Of a DNA stretch of 64,000 bases, positions 43,167 to 52,122 are shown in pieces (the first letter of the stretch is position 1; each line of letters starts with the position of its first letter). This DNA comes from a virus. The notes under the pieces were generated by a model. It made no database searches, was not told the origin of the DNA, and saw only the letters and a program-made list of their open reading frames with translations. The DNA is taken from positions 7,245-71,244 of the IMG/VR virus record IMGVR_UViG_3300037882_002024; one strand, given 5' to 3'. Position numbers and translations under genes: made by a program.

Positions 43167-43685
43167 ATGCCTTTTCACTTTGACGAATCGGAGCAAGACA
43201 CGCGCGGCGGGCGTGGCAAGACAACGCGCCGCAAGGGCACCAAAACCAATCGCGGGCCATACGGCCTGTGGCTCGCGCAGTGCAAAGAAGAGGACGCGCC
43301 CCGCTTGGCTGCCGAGAAGGCCGCGCGGCTGGAGCAAGAGCGCTTGGCCAAGATCGAGCGCGAGCGCGTGACGGACGAGTGCCTTGCGCTGGAGCCTTTT
43401 ATCCGTTACGGCGTCTACGAGACGCATACGCGAGCCACGAACGTAGCCGGTTACGCGCTTCGCGGAGACGTGTTCACGATGACAGTACGAACGGGGCTGT
43501 ACGAGGCAGAGGCCGAAGCAATCGGCATGGTTGAATTGGCCTTGCGGTACAAAGAGCAAGGCAAGTGGCCTCGTGACGGATCGACCTACGAAGTGCGTGC
43601 TGTGCTGTGCAAGTGGCGCGTTCATGCCGTGACGAAAAAAGGCGAGCGCCACATCAGCATCAAGCCCGTCGATGAGCAAAACTAA
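43167..43685 (+). CDS. hypothetical protein
   Basis: GGAG RBS; TAA stop in box 43682. Confidence 0.6.
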   Translation: MPFHFDESEQDTRGGRGKTTRRKGTKTNRGPYGLWLAQCKEEDAPRLAAEKAARLEQERLAKIERERVTDECLALEPFIRYGVYETHTRATNVAGYALRGDVFTMTVRTGLYEAEAEAIGMVELALRYKEQGKWPRDGSTYEVRAVLCKWRVHAVTKKGERHISIKPVDEQN

Positions 43686-43713
43686 AATAATTTAGTCGCC
43701 CGGAGCAACTGCG

Positions 43714-43893
43714 ATGAAGAGGAAAAAGAAGCAAGTGACCTTCGAGTGCCTTGGCGCTCTTGCGCAAGAGCGCGCGCTCGTTGATTACATCAATTTTTGG
43801 GCGCAGGAAGGGCAGGCTATCACCGAAGAGCAAGCGCGTGACCTGCTGCAAGGCGAGTCGTTTGCCGAAGACGGGACCAAGGTGGAACAATGA
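43714..43893 (+). CDS. small hypothetical protein (59 aa)
   Basis: GGAG RBS after box; MKRKKKQ...TKVEQ; ATGA overlap with next gene. Confidence 0.5.
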   Translation: MKRKKKQVTFECLGALAQERALVDYINFWAQEGQAITEEQARDLLQGESFAEDGTKVEQ

Positions 43894-44435
43894 AACCTCT
43901 CGAACGCACAACGCTGCCGGGGCTGTGGCGCTTCTGGCTCTGCATGGTAGACGATACGCTGTGCGTCGGGACGCTCAGCGCCCACAGCACGCAGCCGCGC
44001 TTTGCAATTGCCTGCATGCCGACCGTCGATCAAGGCGTCTTTGGCCTTACGCAGATGGCTTACCGCTTTCACGCCGGAGGCCTGCGAGACAAATTTTTGC
44101 GGCTAGCGCAGGTAGCTTACGTTATGCCGCAGACGGTAGCCGTGGAGTGTGAGCAAATGCGCGCAGGGTACACGGACTATGTGTCGTATGCCTGCCCGTA
44201 CAAGGTGCCGCCCATCTACCGCGCTTACCTCGACGCGCCGAGGCCTGCGCGCGTGCGCAAGGCCTCAGAGGTATGGTGGGACAACGGGCACTGGCACAAA
44301 CGGACAAACGCCAGCGCGCAGGCCGAGCGCATCGAGTGGGCGGCAGCGCTTCCCAAGCTACCTACTGAGTGCATGCACTACTACGAGCGCAAGCGCACCA
44401 CCGATGAAATTCTCGACGATCTGATGGGAGAGTAG
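43890..44435 (+). CDS. hypothetical protein
   Basis: ATGA overlap. Confidence 0.6.
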   Translation: MKPLERTTLPGLWRFWLCMVDDTLCVGTLSAHSTQPRFAIACMPTVDQGVFGLTQMAYRFHAGGLRDKFLRLAQVAYVMPQTVAVECEQMRAGYTDYVSYACPYKVPPIYRAYLDAPRPARVRKASEVWWDNGHWHKRTNASAQAERIEWAAALPKLPTECMHYYERKRTTDEILDDLMGE

Positions 44436-44585
44436 CATGTGGAGAGTAGAAGTAACATCGTCGCGCTACGATCATGCCGTGCTAGGCATTTTCTGGCACC
44501 GAGACGAAGAGCAGGCGCGCAGCCACGCAGCCGAGTTCGAGCATCACGGCTTCGGGGCAAAGGTTGTGGCGCCAGAATAATTCTG

Positions 44586-44623
44586 GAAAAATAGTTGACA
44601 GATGCCCGAGCGCCCGCTATATT
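44586..44623 (+). promoter_or_regulatory. cassette promoter
   Basis: AAAAATAG-TTGACA(44595)-17-TATATT; GTCGCCAA leader. Confidence 0.88.
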
Positions 44624-44671
44624 GTTCTTACAGTCGCCAACACTTAACCAATGCAAGACGGAGTCAAGACC

Positions 44672-45046
44672 ATGTCCGAGAACAAGTCCGAACCTATGTG
44701 CATCCTCATCACCTACTCGCTGTGCAAGGCCACGCTGCGGGGCCTCACGGTAGCCAACTCGGAGCGCGACCTACGCAACAAAATGGGCATGCGAATCGAG
44801 AACGAGTGCTGGGGCACGCTCTGCCCGGTTTCCGCGCACGTCGAACTGGATTTTAACCGCGACGAAGACAAGATCACGGTAGACATCACGGACGTGGACA
44901 GCGTCGCGTTGGCGCGGTGGCTGACGGCCGATGAATGCAATCTGAGCTACCTGAAAGACCTAACCAAATCCGCGCAAGTGGCCATGCTGGAGTTCATCGC
45001 GGAACAACTTGGAGAGCTACGCGTAGACGACAACGCAGACGACTAA
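44672..45046 (+). CDS. acidic hypothetical protein
   Basis: GGAG RBS; TAA stop in box 45043. Confidence 0.65.
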   Translation: MSENKSEPMCILITYSLCKATLRGLTVANSERDLRNKMGMRIENECWGTLCPVSAHVELDFNRDEDKITVDITDVDSVALARWLTADECNLSYLKDLTKSAQVAMLEFIAEQLGELRVDDNADD

Positions 45047-45104
45047 ATTATTTTAGCCGCTTGTCAGAAAAGAAGTTGACAAGCGGCCGTCCGCCCGCTA
45101 TATT
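45043..45104 (+). promoter_or_regulatory. box plus cassette promoter
   Basis: Box 45043, AAAAGAAG-TTGACA(45076)-17-TATATT; GTCGCCCAA leader; ACCGAGGCAAG 45128. Confidence 0.9.
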
Positions 45105-45143
45105 GATTTTGCAGTCGCCCAAAACCAACCGAGGCAAGTCATC

Positions 45144-45326
45144 ATGAAGCTCATTCGCGTTATGGAAGGTCTTTATCGCTCCGAGTGCGGCGGCATTCGT
45201 GTGGCCAAAGAAGCATGGAATAAAGACCTGCCTTGGGTTGTTTGCTGGACCGACTTCCTTTCTGCGCGGCATGAAAACAGATTCAAGACCCTCGCTGAGT
45301 GCCGCGCTTACTTGGCAGGCAAATAG
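45144..45326 (+). CDS. small hypothetical protein
   Basis: ATG after RBS repeat. Confidence 0.65.
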   Translation: MKLIRVMEGLYRSECGGIRVAKEAWNKDLPWVVCWTDFLSARHENRFKTLAECRAYLAGK

Positions 45327-45337
45327 GAATCAAAAAA

Positions 45338-45544
45338 ATGAACGCGATTTTCAATGAACAAGTGGTGGCCGAGCTTCTTGAGACGGCCTATGAGCTTGAC
45401 GGCCAAGGCCTCTTGCTGACGCACAGCGCGCAAGACAACGCCAGCATCGAAGAGCTATATCAACAGGGGCACCTTCGCTACGAAGGCGGGGCCTATCACA
45501 TTACGCGCAGTGGCCGGGCGCTGCTGCGCGACCTGAAACGGTGA
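45338..45544 (+). CDS. small hypothetical protein, winged-helix-like tail
   Basis: ELYQQGHLRYEGGAYHITRSGRALL resembles a wHTH wing; weak. Confidence 0.45.
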   Translation: MNAIFNEQVVAELLETAYELDGQGLLLTHSAQDNASIEELYQQGHLRYEGGAYHITRSGRALLRDLKR

Positions 45545-45547
45545 GAC

Positions 45548-45868
45548 ATGGCTAAGAAGAAAAAACAGAACATATTTCAGATCGTGCGCGCCGCTCGCCA
45601 AAAGTACGACGGCGCGTGCATCTTCGTTGCCGCCGAAGCCAACGACGGCTACTTTGTAGAAGGCCCCGACGCTGACCTTGTGGGCACCGTCGTGAAGCGT
45701 GAGCCTGTGGTGGAGATGCGCGCAGGCAAAGAAGTGTCGCGCCTACTCTTCATTCCACGGGAAACGCTTTACGCGCCCACCGGCATGGTGATGGGCTTTC
45801 AGCAGGTTGTGCAGGAGCTTTCTAAGCAGCGCCACCGCGTCATCAAGATCGACTACACGGAAAGCTAG
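45548..45868 (+). CDS. stand-alone MutS domain-I-like protein
   Basis: KYDGACIF...YFVEGPDA..V...FIP......VQELSKQRHRV resembles the MutS mismatch-recognition domain. Confidence 0.4.
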   Translation: MAKKKKQNIFQIVRAARQKYDGACIFVAAEANDGYFVEGPDADLVGTVVKREPVVEMRAGKEVSRLLFIPRETLYAPTGMVMGFQQVVQELSKQRHRVIKIDYTES

Positions 45869-45884
45869 GGCAAAAGATTCTGGA

Positions 45885-45929
45885 AAAAAATAGTTGACGA
45901 CGTCCGCGCAGCAGGCTAAAGTATTTTAG
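45885..45929 (+). promoter_or_regulatory. cassette promoter with box overlapping the -10
   Basis: AAAAAAATAG-TTGACG(45894)-17-TAAAGT; -10 lies inside box 45916; ACCGAGGCAAG 45948. Confidence 0.85.
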
Positions 45930-45960
45930 TCGCCCAACAACTAACCTACCGAGGCAAGCC

Positions 45961-46371
45961 ATGAACCGTTCTTTCATCACCGCAGGCAAGGCAATCTTCA
46001 CCATCAGCAACCCCAGCGGCGAGCGCTACACGTTCCGCGTCACTCACAAACCTGCAAGCAACGGCTACGCAGAGGCTTTCTTTGTGTCGCTGCTAACAGG
46101 CAGCGACAACGAGAACGACTACACTTATTTGGGCATGATGAACCGAGTCACAGGCACCGTGGCCTTGACGAAGAAGAGCGCCTACAAAGACGATAGCAAG
46201 CCGGTGCGTGTGATCCGTTGGGCGCTCGGCCTCATCTGGAGTGGCAAGGCCTTTCCAGAAGGCTACAGCGCTTGCCATGAGGGTAAGTGCGGGCGCTGCG
46301 CGCGGCTGCTCACGGTGCCCGAGTCTGTGCAATCGGGCTTTGGGCCAGAGTGCATTAAGCTGGTGTTTTGA
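45961..46371 (+). CDS. DUF6011-like Zn-finger protein
   Basis: C-terminal HEGKCGRCARLLTVPESVQSGFGPEC. Confidence 0.7.
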   Translation: MNRSFITAGKAIFTISNPSGERYTFRVTHKPASNGYAEAFFVSLLTGSDNENDYTYLGMMNRVTGTVALTKKSAYKDDSKPVRVIRWALGLIWSGKAFPEGYSACHEGKCGRCARLLTVPESVQSGFGPECIKLVF

Positions 46372-46378
46372 TTATACC

Positions 46379-46415
46379 CCTAGGGGCTTGATGGTGTAGC
46401 CATCAAGCCCCTAGG
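46379..46415. repeat. 16-bp perfect hairpin without T-tail
   Basis: CCTAGGGGCTTGATGG-TGTAG-CCATCAAGCCCCTAGG. Confidence 0.85.
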
Positions 46416-46430
46416 AAACCAAGGAAAGCC

Positions 46431-46640
46431 ATGAACGAACGATACGAAGAGATGTTGCGCAGCTTCCCGCACTGCGTCGATAACTTGCAGATGCCGACCG
46501 ACGAGCGCGGGCTGATTAAAACAGCCCGCGCACTTCTTAGCAAGCTACGCGCCAACAAAAGCAACCCGCGTCGCAACCACATCAGCGCGCTAGAGCGCTG
46601 GCTAAAAATTTTTAGTGAGTCAAGCCGTGCCTGCATCTAG
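46431..46640 (+). CDS. hypothetical protein
   Basis: AAGGA RBS; contains box 46602 in-frame. Confidence 0.55.
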   Translation: MNERYEEMLRSFPHCVDNLQMPTDERGLIKTARALLSKLRANKSNPRRNHISALERWLKIFSESSRACI

Positions 46641-46911
46641 CGCCATTCTGTGCAGCCTCGGTGGCAAAGACTTCGAGTGTATCGCACAGGTCACCGAGAT
46701 TTTCGGCATGGGCAATCGCTTTTATGCGTTGTTCGATGCCGACAATTCACTAGGCGCCAACCGCGTCGATGTGCTGTGCCAACAAGGCATGTGTACCATG
46801 CGGCTGTATGGCGTGCATGGCAAAGCCTTTGGCCTGCTTCACCAATCGAGCGTCGCGCTCGATGACTTGAGGCAGGCCTTTTGCAACGCAACCGGAATTG
46901 AGATACCATGA
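46615..46911 (+). CDS. hypothetical protein
   Basis: GTG start after box; overlapped chain. Confidence 0.45.
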   Translation: MSQAVPASSAILCSLGGKDFECIAQVTEIFGMGNRFYALFDADNSLGANRVDVLCQQGMCTMRLYGVHGKAFGLLHQSSVALDDLRQAFCNATGIEIP

Positions 46912-47228
46912 TCGACCTTGCAGCCTTTCAGCATGCGCACCCATTTGATGTCGCGTCCTACGAGCGGCTTATCGCTCGCGTGGAGTTGTTGCCTTTGCAG
47001 CGCGACGCTGGCGGGGCTGCAGTGATTTTGCACGAGGGCGCCTACACGCCACAGAGGAATAGGCAGACAAAAGCAGTCCGAATGAGGCTGCACAGACTGC
47101 GAGTAACAATCGTCGTGGGCTGCAATGTCTCCGTGGGATCGATCTTGGGCGCCAAGCCGCATACTGATTACAACCCATTGCCGAGATACCTCGATGAAGA
47201 AAAAAGCACAGGCCCCGCAGCAACTTGA
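46908..47228 (+). CDS. hypothetical protein
   Basis: ATGA overlap. Confidence 0.5.
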   Translation: MIDLAAFQHAHPFDVASYERLIARVELLPLQRDAGGAAVILHEGAYTPQRNRQTKAVRMRLHRLRVTIVVGCNVSVGSILGAKPHTDYNPLPRYLDEEKSTGPAAT

Positions 47229-47985
47229 CGCGCTCGCTTACGTGGCGCAGAACGGCGACGTCCCCAAGCTCAGTGATGGCAAGGGGCCGAAGCCGTGGCA
47301 CTATCGCGGCTGGCTCGTGCCTTACATCTCGCAGATTGATGATCGGTTTTGGGGGCGCTACCGTTACCACAAAGACACGATTGAGGCCGGACGCCTGCTA
47401 GATGCCCCGATCCCGCGAATTGCGTTTAGCCGTCGTGCCACCGATGTTACCAAGCATCTTAACGAGTGCTGTCGGCTGATCGGCTACGACAACGGCGGCT
47501 GGGGCGACTTTACGCGCCTGCTCGAATGGCTGTGCTTTGCGGTGCGCGCATCCTCTGACTATCCACGGCATATCGACGAAAAGGCGCAAGAGGCCTTATA
47601 TCGCAAGCTCAACGTCGGGCCGATGATTCAGCAGCCCTACGACTATCTTGGCGATTGGGTTGCAGAGCGCATCGGAAGCGGCTCGTGGAACCCCAACGCG
47701 TTCTTCCCGACGCCGCACGAGGTGGTCGAATTGATGGTGCAAATGCAGATGGGGCAAGGGGAAGACCTGCGCGCGAAGACAGTGTGCGACCCCTGCACAG
47801 GCTCGGGCCGCATGCTCATGCACGCGAGCAATTACTCGCTGCGGCTGTACGGCATTGATATTGACCCGATTGCGGTGGCAATGTGTAAAATAAATGCGGC
47901 GCTTTACGTTCCGTGGCTGGCCTTCCCGATTCCTGATGCTTTCTTTGTGCAGCGCTATCGAGAGTCGTGCAGTATCTTTTGGTGA
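47194..47985 (+). CDS. N6-methylase-like protein retaining only the SAM-binding half
   Basis: FFPTPHEVVELM, VCDPCTGSGRML, LYGIDID..AVAMCKIN; ends before any NPP(Y/F) catalytic motif. Confidence 0.7.
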   Translation: MKKKAQAPQQLDALAYVAQNGDVPKLSDGKGPKPWHYRGWLVPYISQIDDRFWGRYRYHKDTIEAGRLLDAPIPRIAFSRRATDVTKHLNECCRLIGYDNGGWGDFTRLLEWLCFAVRASSDYPRHIDEKAQEALYRKLNVGPMIQQPYDYLGDWVAERIGSGSWNPNAFFPTPHEVVELMVQMQMGQGEDLRAKTVCDPCTGSGRMLMHASNYSLRLYGIDIDPIAVAMCKINAALYVPWLAFPIPDAFFVQRYRESCSIFW

Positions 47986-48392
47986 GCAGCGTGTACTATT
48001 TCGGATGTTTTGGCGAGAGCGGGCACTATCTATGGCGTGTCGGCATGCAATGGATCATGAAGAGCGAGCGTGAGGCGTTGCCGTTTCGGGAGAGCCTTCT
48101 CGACGGGCCTTTGATTCCCAAACAGGCCGACGCGAATCAAGTGCAGGGGCACGCGTACCGCAGCGAAGTCAATGGCCACACGATCATCACTTTTTGGGAC
48201 CGCACCGGCGATAGTCGCCCCGGAAGCAAAAGCGTGTTCGTCGTGGAAGGAAACCTTAGCATGCGCGAGGTAATCGAGCGCGCGCGCCTCGCGTTCCCTG
48301 CAGTGTTTCGCCGCTTCACGTTTTCGATTGTGTCGCAAGAGCAGCTAGCCATTCCGGGCGACGAGTGGCGCTTGATATGGGAGCCTAACTAG
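47967..48392 (+). CDS. hypothetical protein
   Basis: Overlapped chain; YYFGC...GHYLW...FWDRTGDSRPGS. Confidence 0.55.
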   Translation: MQYLLVSSVYYFGCFGESGHYLWRVGMQWIMKSEREALPFRESLLDGPLIPKQADANQVQGHAYRSEVNGHTIITFWDRTGDSRPGSKSVFVVEGNLSMREVIERARLAFPAVFRRFTFSIVSQEQLAIPGDEWRLIWEPN

Positions 48393-48401
48393 CGAGGAAT
48401 C

Positions 48402-48632
48402 ATGAAGAACATTTTTGAGCAAAGTCACGATGAGCTTATGATGACAGTGCGCAGGTTGCGGCGCATGTTGCACCACATCGGCGAGCTTGTTGAGCCTGTG
48501 GAGAGCTTCGAGCGCGCCAGTGGCGCCGCGCTCTGCCCGAACTGCGGCCTTGAGTTGCGCGACCACCCGGAGCAGCGTGGCGCTACTGGCGTTACGGTTA
48601 TCTCTTGCGACGGCAGACGCTGGAAGTTGTAA
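48402..48632 (+). CDS. small Zn-ribbon hypothetical protein
   Basis: GAGG RBS; CPNCG ... SCDG. Confidence 0.55.
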   Translation: MKNIFEQSHDELMMTVRRLRRMLHHIGELVEPVESFERASGAALCPNCGLELRDHPEQRGATGVTVISCDGRRWKL

Positions 48633-48639
48633 GGCCGCG

Positions 48640-48704
48640 TAGACAGCGCGCAGGCCCCCCGCTAAAATCAAGTCGTCGCACCGGCAGCGACTAAAATAAT
48701 TTAG
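48640..48704 (+). promoter_or_regulatory. portal-operon promoter with downstream box
   Basis: TAGACA(48640)-17-TAAAAT(48663); box 48691 just before the RBS. Confidence 0.65.
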
Positions 48705-48714
48705 TGGGGAAGCG

Positions 48715-51700
48715 ATGAGCAACGCATTGAAGCAGGCGCTAGGCGCCAAATCATTTGGGCTGCGGGCGCCTGACATCGGCTCGACGCCGATGCTGTTCGG
48801 CAGCGCCCGAGGCGCCGGGCTGGGACTGGGGACAAGCCCCAGCAATACGCTGACGCATCACAACGAACAGTATCGGCACTATGCGGGCTGGGTATACGCT
48901 TCGATTCGGCCTATTGCGCAGTCGGTGGCACGGCAGGCGGTGCGCGTCGCCCGTGTGCCCAAACGCCGAAATGCACGCACCGCGCCCATGACAGCCAAGA
49001 GCCACATTTTTACCTCGCAGGGGCCAGTATCCAAAGATCGCGCAGCGCAAGAATTGTGGCTGCGGCGCACCTTGCCGGGGGCGCTCAAGTCGCACGCCGA
49101 GACAGCCGAGATTCTCGAATGGCACCCGATCCTCGACATCATCAACAAGCCTAACCCCATCATGGCGCGCTGGGCATTGTTCCTCACCACCGTGGCCAGC
49201 ATCGACCTTACAGGCAAGGCCTACTGGTGGATAAAGCAAGGTGACGAAGACGGCGAGCCTCTGCAAATCTGGCCGATGCCAAGCCATTGGGTTGCGCCAG
49301 TTCACACGAAGCAAAAGCTCTTCGAGTCGTGGGATATTCGGCCCGATGGCGCCAGCAAGCCCATCAACGTTCCACGGAAACAAGTCGTGTGCTTCTACAC
49401 GCCCGACCCTGCAAACCCGTTCAACGCTTATGCCACGCTGCAAGCGCAGGCCCGCGCCGTCATCAGCGACGAGGCGATTGCCGAGGCGCAGCGCCAATCA
49501 TTTCAGCGCGGCATCTTCCCCGGCTTGGCTGTGGTGATGGGCAGGCTTCCCGATGCGATGGGCAACGCAGGCGCAGGTGAGCGCCCCTTGCTCACCAACG
49601 ATCAGCGCCAGCAAATTACCATCGGCATCAAGCAGATGTTTCAGGGCGTGTACAACTACGACGAGCCGTTGATTTTGGATCAGTTGATCCAAGACATCAA
49701 GCGCATCACGCAGTCGCCGCGCGAGATGGACTTCATGCAAAGCGGCCTTGCCACCAAAGAAAAAATCACACAGGCCTTTGGCACCAACCCCATCGTGATG
49801 GGGCAAGTAGAGAACGCATCGCGTAACAGCGCTGCGACGGCTCAGCAAATCTTTTACGACCTAGCGGTAAACCCGAAGATCGCGTTGATGAGCGAGTTCC
49901 TGTCGATGTGGTTCAGCCCGGAGTTTAGCACGCCTGACGAGGAATTGCTGCTTTACATCGAAGAGGCGCGTTCAAGCGATCCCGATTCCGACCGGGAAGA
50001 CTATCGGCTACTGAAAGACCACTTCGCCATTGATCGCAACGAAATGCGCGCAGGCCTGCGCGGCTTGCCGCCAATTGACAGCGGCGAAATGATCGCGGTG
50101 CCTGCGGGCCTGACATGGATGGATATTGCGGATGTGCAAGACACCAACATGGCGCCGATGCTGCTTGACGCTGAGGCTGCGCCTGTGGCTAGCGAAGACC
50201 CAAAGCCGACCGACGAAGAAAAGCCCAAAGAGAATCAGCAGCAGGACGAGCAGGTGCCCGACGCAGGCGCGGCGGCGCTCAACGGCGCGCAAATTGCTAG
50301 CCTGCTTTTGGTCATCAAAAAGATCACGTCCGGCGAGCTTACGCGCGAAGTGGCGATGGCCATTCTTGGGGCCTCGTTCCCAACAATGGACGAGGCTGTT
50401 TTAGCCAAGATCATCGAAGGCGTTGTTGTCAAGCCGCCTGCGCCCACTGTCGATGAAGTGCGCAGCGTCGTTGCGCAGGCTCTACAGGCCCGCGAAGACG
50501 AAGAGCTAACAGACCGCATTGGCACCAAGGCCCCGGTGCCGAACATCGCGCAAAACGAAGCGTATGATTGCGGCGCTGCTGCAGCGCGTGCCGTGGCTGA
50601 GCATTACGAAATGGTCCACGAATGGACGTCACAGGATTTTGTGATGGCACTCAACACTTCGGACGAGGCAGGCACCGAGCCGCGCCACATCGTTGACCTT
50701 TTCAAGCACAACGGTTGCGACGTGCAGTACGGCAAGCATTGGACGCTAGGCAGGCTCTTCGACAGCCTGCGGCGCGGTGTTCCGGTGGTGTGCTGCATTC
50801 AAGGCCTGACCTTTGGCGACGACGACGACCGCGCCAAACAGCAGAACGGCCATTGGGTTGTTGTCGATGGGGCTGCGGACAATCGCATCTTCTACATGGA
50901 CCCGTCCACAGGGGCGCATGAGCAAGCCGATTGGCAAACATGGAAAGACAATTGGAAGGATCGAGGCGTTGACGGGACGCCTTACGAGCGATACGGGATC
51001 GCCGTCGGCCCGCCGCCCAAACCCGTTGTTGACGAGCAGAGCAACACGATGAACGCGCGCGCTTGCGTGCTGCGCCTCAAGTCGCATGGCTACTATTGCC
51101 GCGCCAAGTCGCTGGGCCTCGCAGACAGGATCGCCGAAATCAAGGGATTCTTCAAGGCGCAACATCAAACCATTTACACAGCGCTAATGACGTACTATCG
51201 ACGCCAGCGCGCCGCCATCGAAGCGAAGCTCGATGACTGGTCGAAGAGCGTCAGTTTTGATGGCATTGCGCCGATGACTGGCGACCTGCTAGCCACGTGG
51301 CCTTACGACGGCCAGAAGGCCACCGACCAAGAAGATAGCGCCATGCAGCTAGTAGACAGCCTGCTCCCGTTGCATGCGACGACAGCGCGGCTCGTTGGAG
51401 CGGTGCGCGACGCTATCTTGCAGGTGGCACTCAATGCGGCAGGCAAGGAATACAGCGACCTTGAGCCGATGGCCGACGAGGAAAAAGCCAAGCGCAAGCC
51501 AAAGGTGGACCGCACGCCTTTGCCAAAACCGATTCGAGAAGTATGCCACGATTATCTCGGCCGCGTAGTCGCCGAACCGTATTGGGAAGACATGACGTAT
51601 CGGGTGCGCCTGCAGATGGCTCGTTCGATCCGACGAGGCCTCGCGCATGGTGAAGATCGCGCCGCCATTGCGCTGCGCGTGCTGGCGGTCGTGAGCGAAG

Positions 51701-51999
51701 GAAACGACGCCGTGCGTGCCGACCTCATCGCCACCACTGAGGCCAACGGCGCGTACAACCTTGGGCAACACGCCACACGGGCGCACCTGATTGCGCAGGG
51801 CGCCAACATCACTAAGCTATGGCAGGTTGTCGAAGATGGCCGCGAGCGGGCCAGCCATGACGAAGCGAACGGGCAGGAAGTGAAGCACAAAAACAAATTC
51901 CGCGTCGGCAAAGAATGGTGCTTGTATCCGGGGGCGCAGAATCTTTCGCCGGGAGAGCGCTGTCGGTGCCGCTGCACAGCGATCAGCATTCCGCACTAA
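48715..51999 (+). CDS. portal protein fused to a C39-like cysteine peptidase and a MuF (SPP1 gp7-like) head morphogenesis domain
   Basis: HK97-type portal (WVYASIRPIAQSVA, HPILDIINKPNP, GKAYWW, AFGTNPIV); peptidase Q..YDC619..GH713W..MD729P; MuF IATTEAN..KLW..DGRER.SH..YPG..CRCRC. Confidence 0.88.
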   Translation: MSNALKQALGAKSFGLRAPDIGSTPMLFGSARGAGLGLGTSPSNTLTHHNEQYRHYAGWVYASIRPIAQSVARQAVRVARVPKRRNARTAPMTAKSHIFTSQGPVSKDRAAQELWLRRTLPGALKSHAETAEILEWHPILDIINKPNPIMARWALFLTTVASIDLTGKAYWWIKQGDEDGEPLQIWPMPSHWVAPVHTKQKLFESWDIRPDGASKPINVPRKQVVCFYTPDPANPFNAYATLQAQARAVISDEAIAEAQRQSFQRGIFPGLAVVMGRLPDAMGNAGAGERPLLTNDQRQQITIGIKQMFQGVYNYDEPLILDQLIQDIKRITQSPREMDFMQSGLATKEKITQAFGTNPIVMGQVENASRNSAATAQQIFYDLAVNPKIALMSEFLSMWFSPEFSTPDEELLLYIEEARSSDPDSDREDYRLLKDHFAIDRNEMRAGLRGLPPIDSGEMIAVPAGLTWMDIADVQDTNMAPMLLDAEAAPVASEDPKPTDEEKPKENQQQDEQVPDAGAAALNGAQIASLLLVIKKITSGELTREVAMAILGASFPTMDEAVLAKIIEGVVVKPPAPTVDEVRSVVAQALQAREDEELTDRIGTKAPVPNIAQNEAYDCGAAAARAVAEHYEMVHEWTSQDFVMALNTSDEAGTEPRHIVDLFKHNGCDVQYGKHWTLGRLFDSLRRGVPVVCCIQGLTFGDDDDRAKQQNGHWVVVDGAADNRIFYMDPSTGAHEQADWQTWKDNWKDRGVDGTPYERYGIAVGPPPKPVVDEQSNTMNARACVLRLKSHGYYCRAKSLGLADRIAEIKGFFKAQHQTIYTALMTYYRRQRAAIEAKLDDWSKSVSFDGIAPMTGDLLATWPYDGQKATDQEDSAMQLVDSLLPLHATTARLVGAVRDAILQVALNAAGKEYSDLEPMADEEKAKRKPKVDRTPLPKPIREVCHDYLGRVVAEPYWEDMTYRVRLQMARSIRRGLAHGEDRAAIALRVLAVVSEGNDAVRADLIATTEANGAYNLGQHATRAHLIAQGANITKLWQVVEDGRERASHDEANGQEVKHKNKFRVGKEWCLYPGAQNLSPGERCRCRCTAISIPH

Positions 52000-52122
52000 G
52001 GGGCCTCATGGACATCATGCTATTTTTTTTGGTAATGAACAATCTGCACTGGATCGTAGCCGCCATCTTTGTGGCGGCTGCCGCCTACATCCTGCGCGTC
52101 TGGCTGTGGCTACGGAGTAACA

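Noticed and set aside
32700-46000. CRISPR array interpretation of the recurring repeats
   Set aside because: Repeat units are separated by whole genes (0.3-2 kb), are imperfect and match promoter/RBS consensus; no 25-45 bp repeat-spacer periodicity and no cas gene
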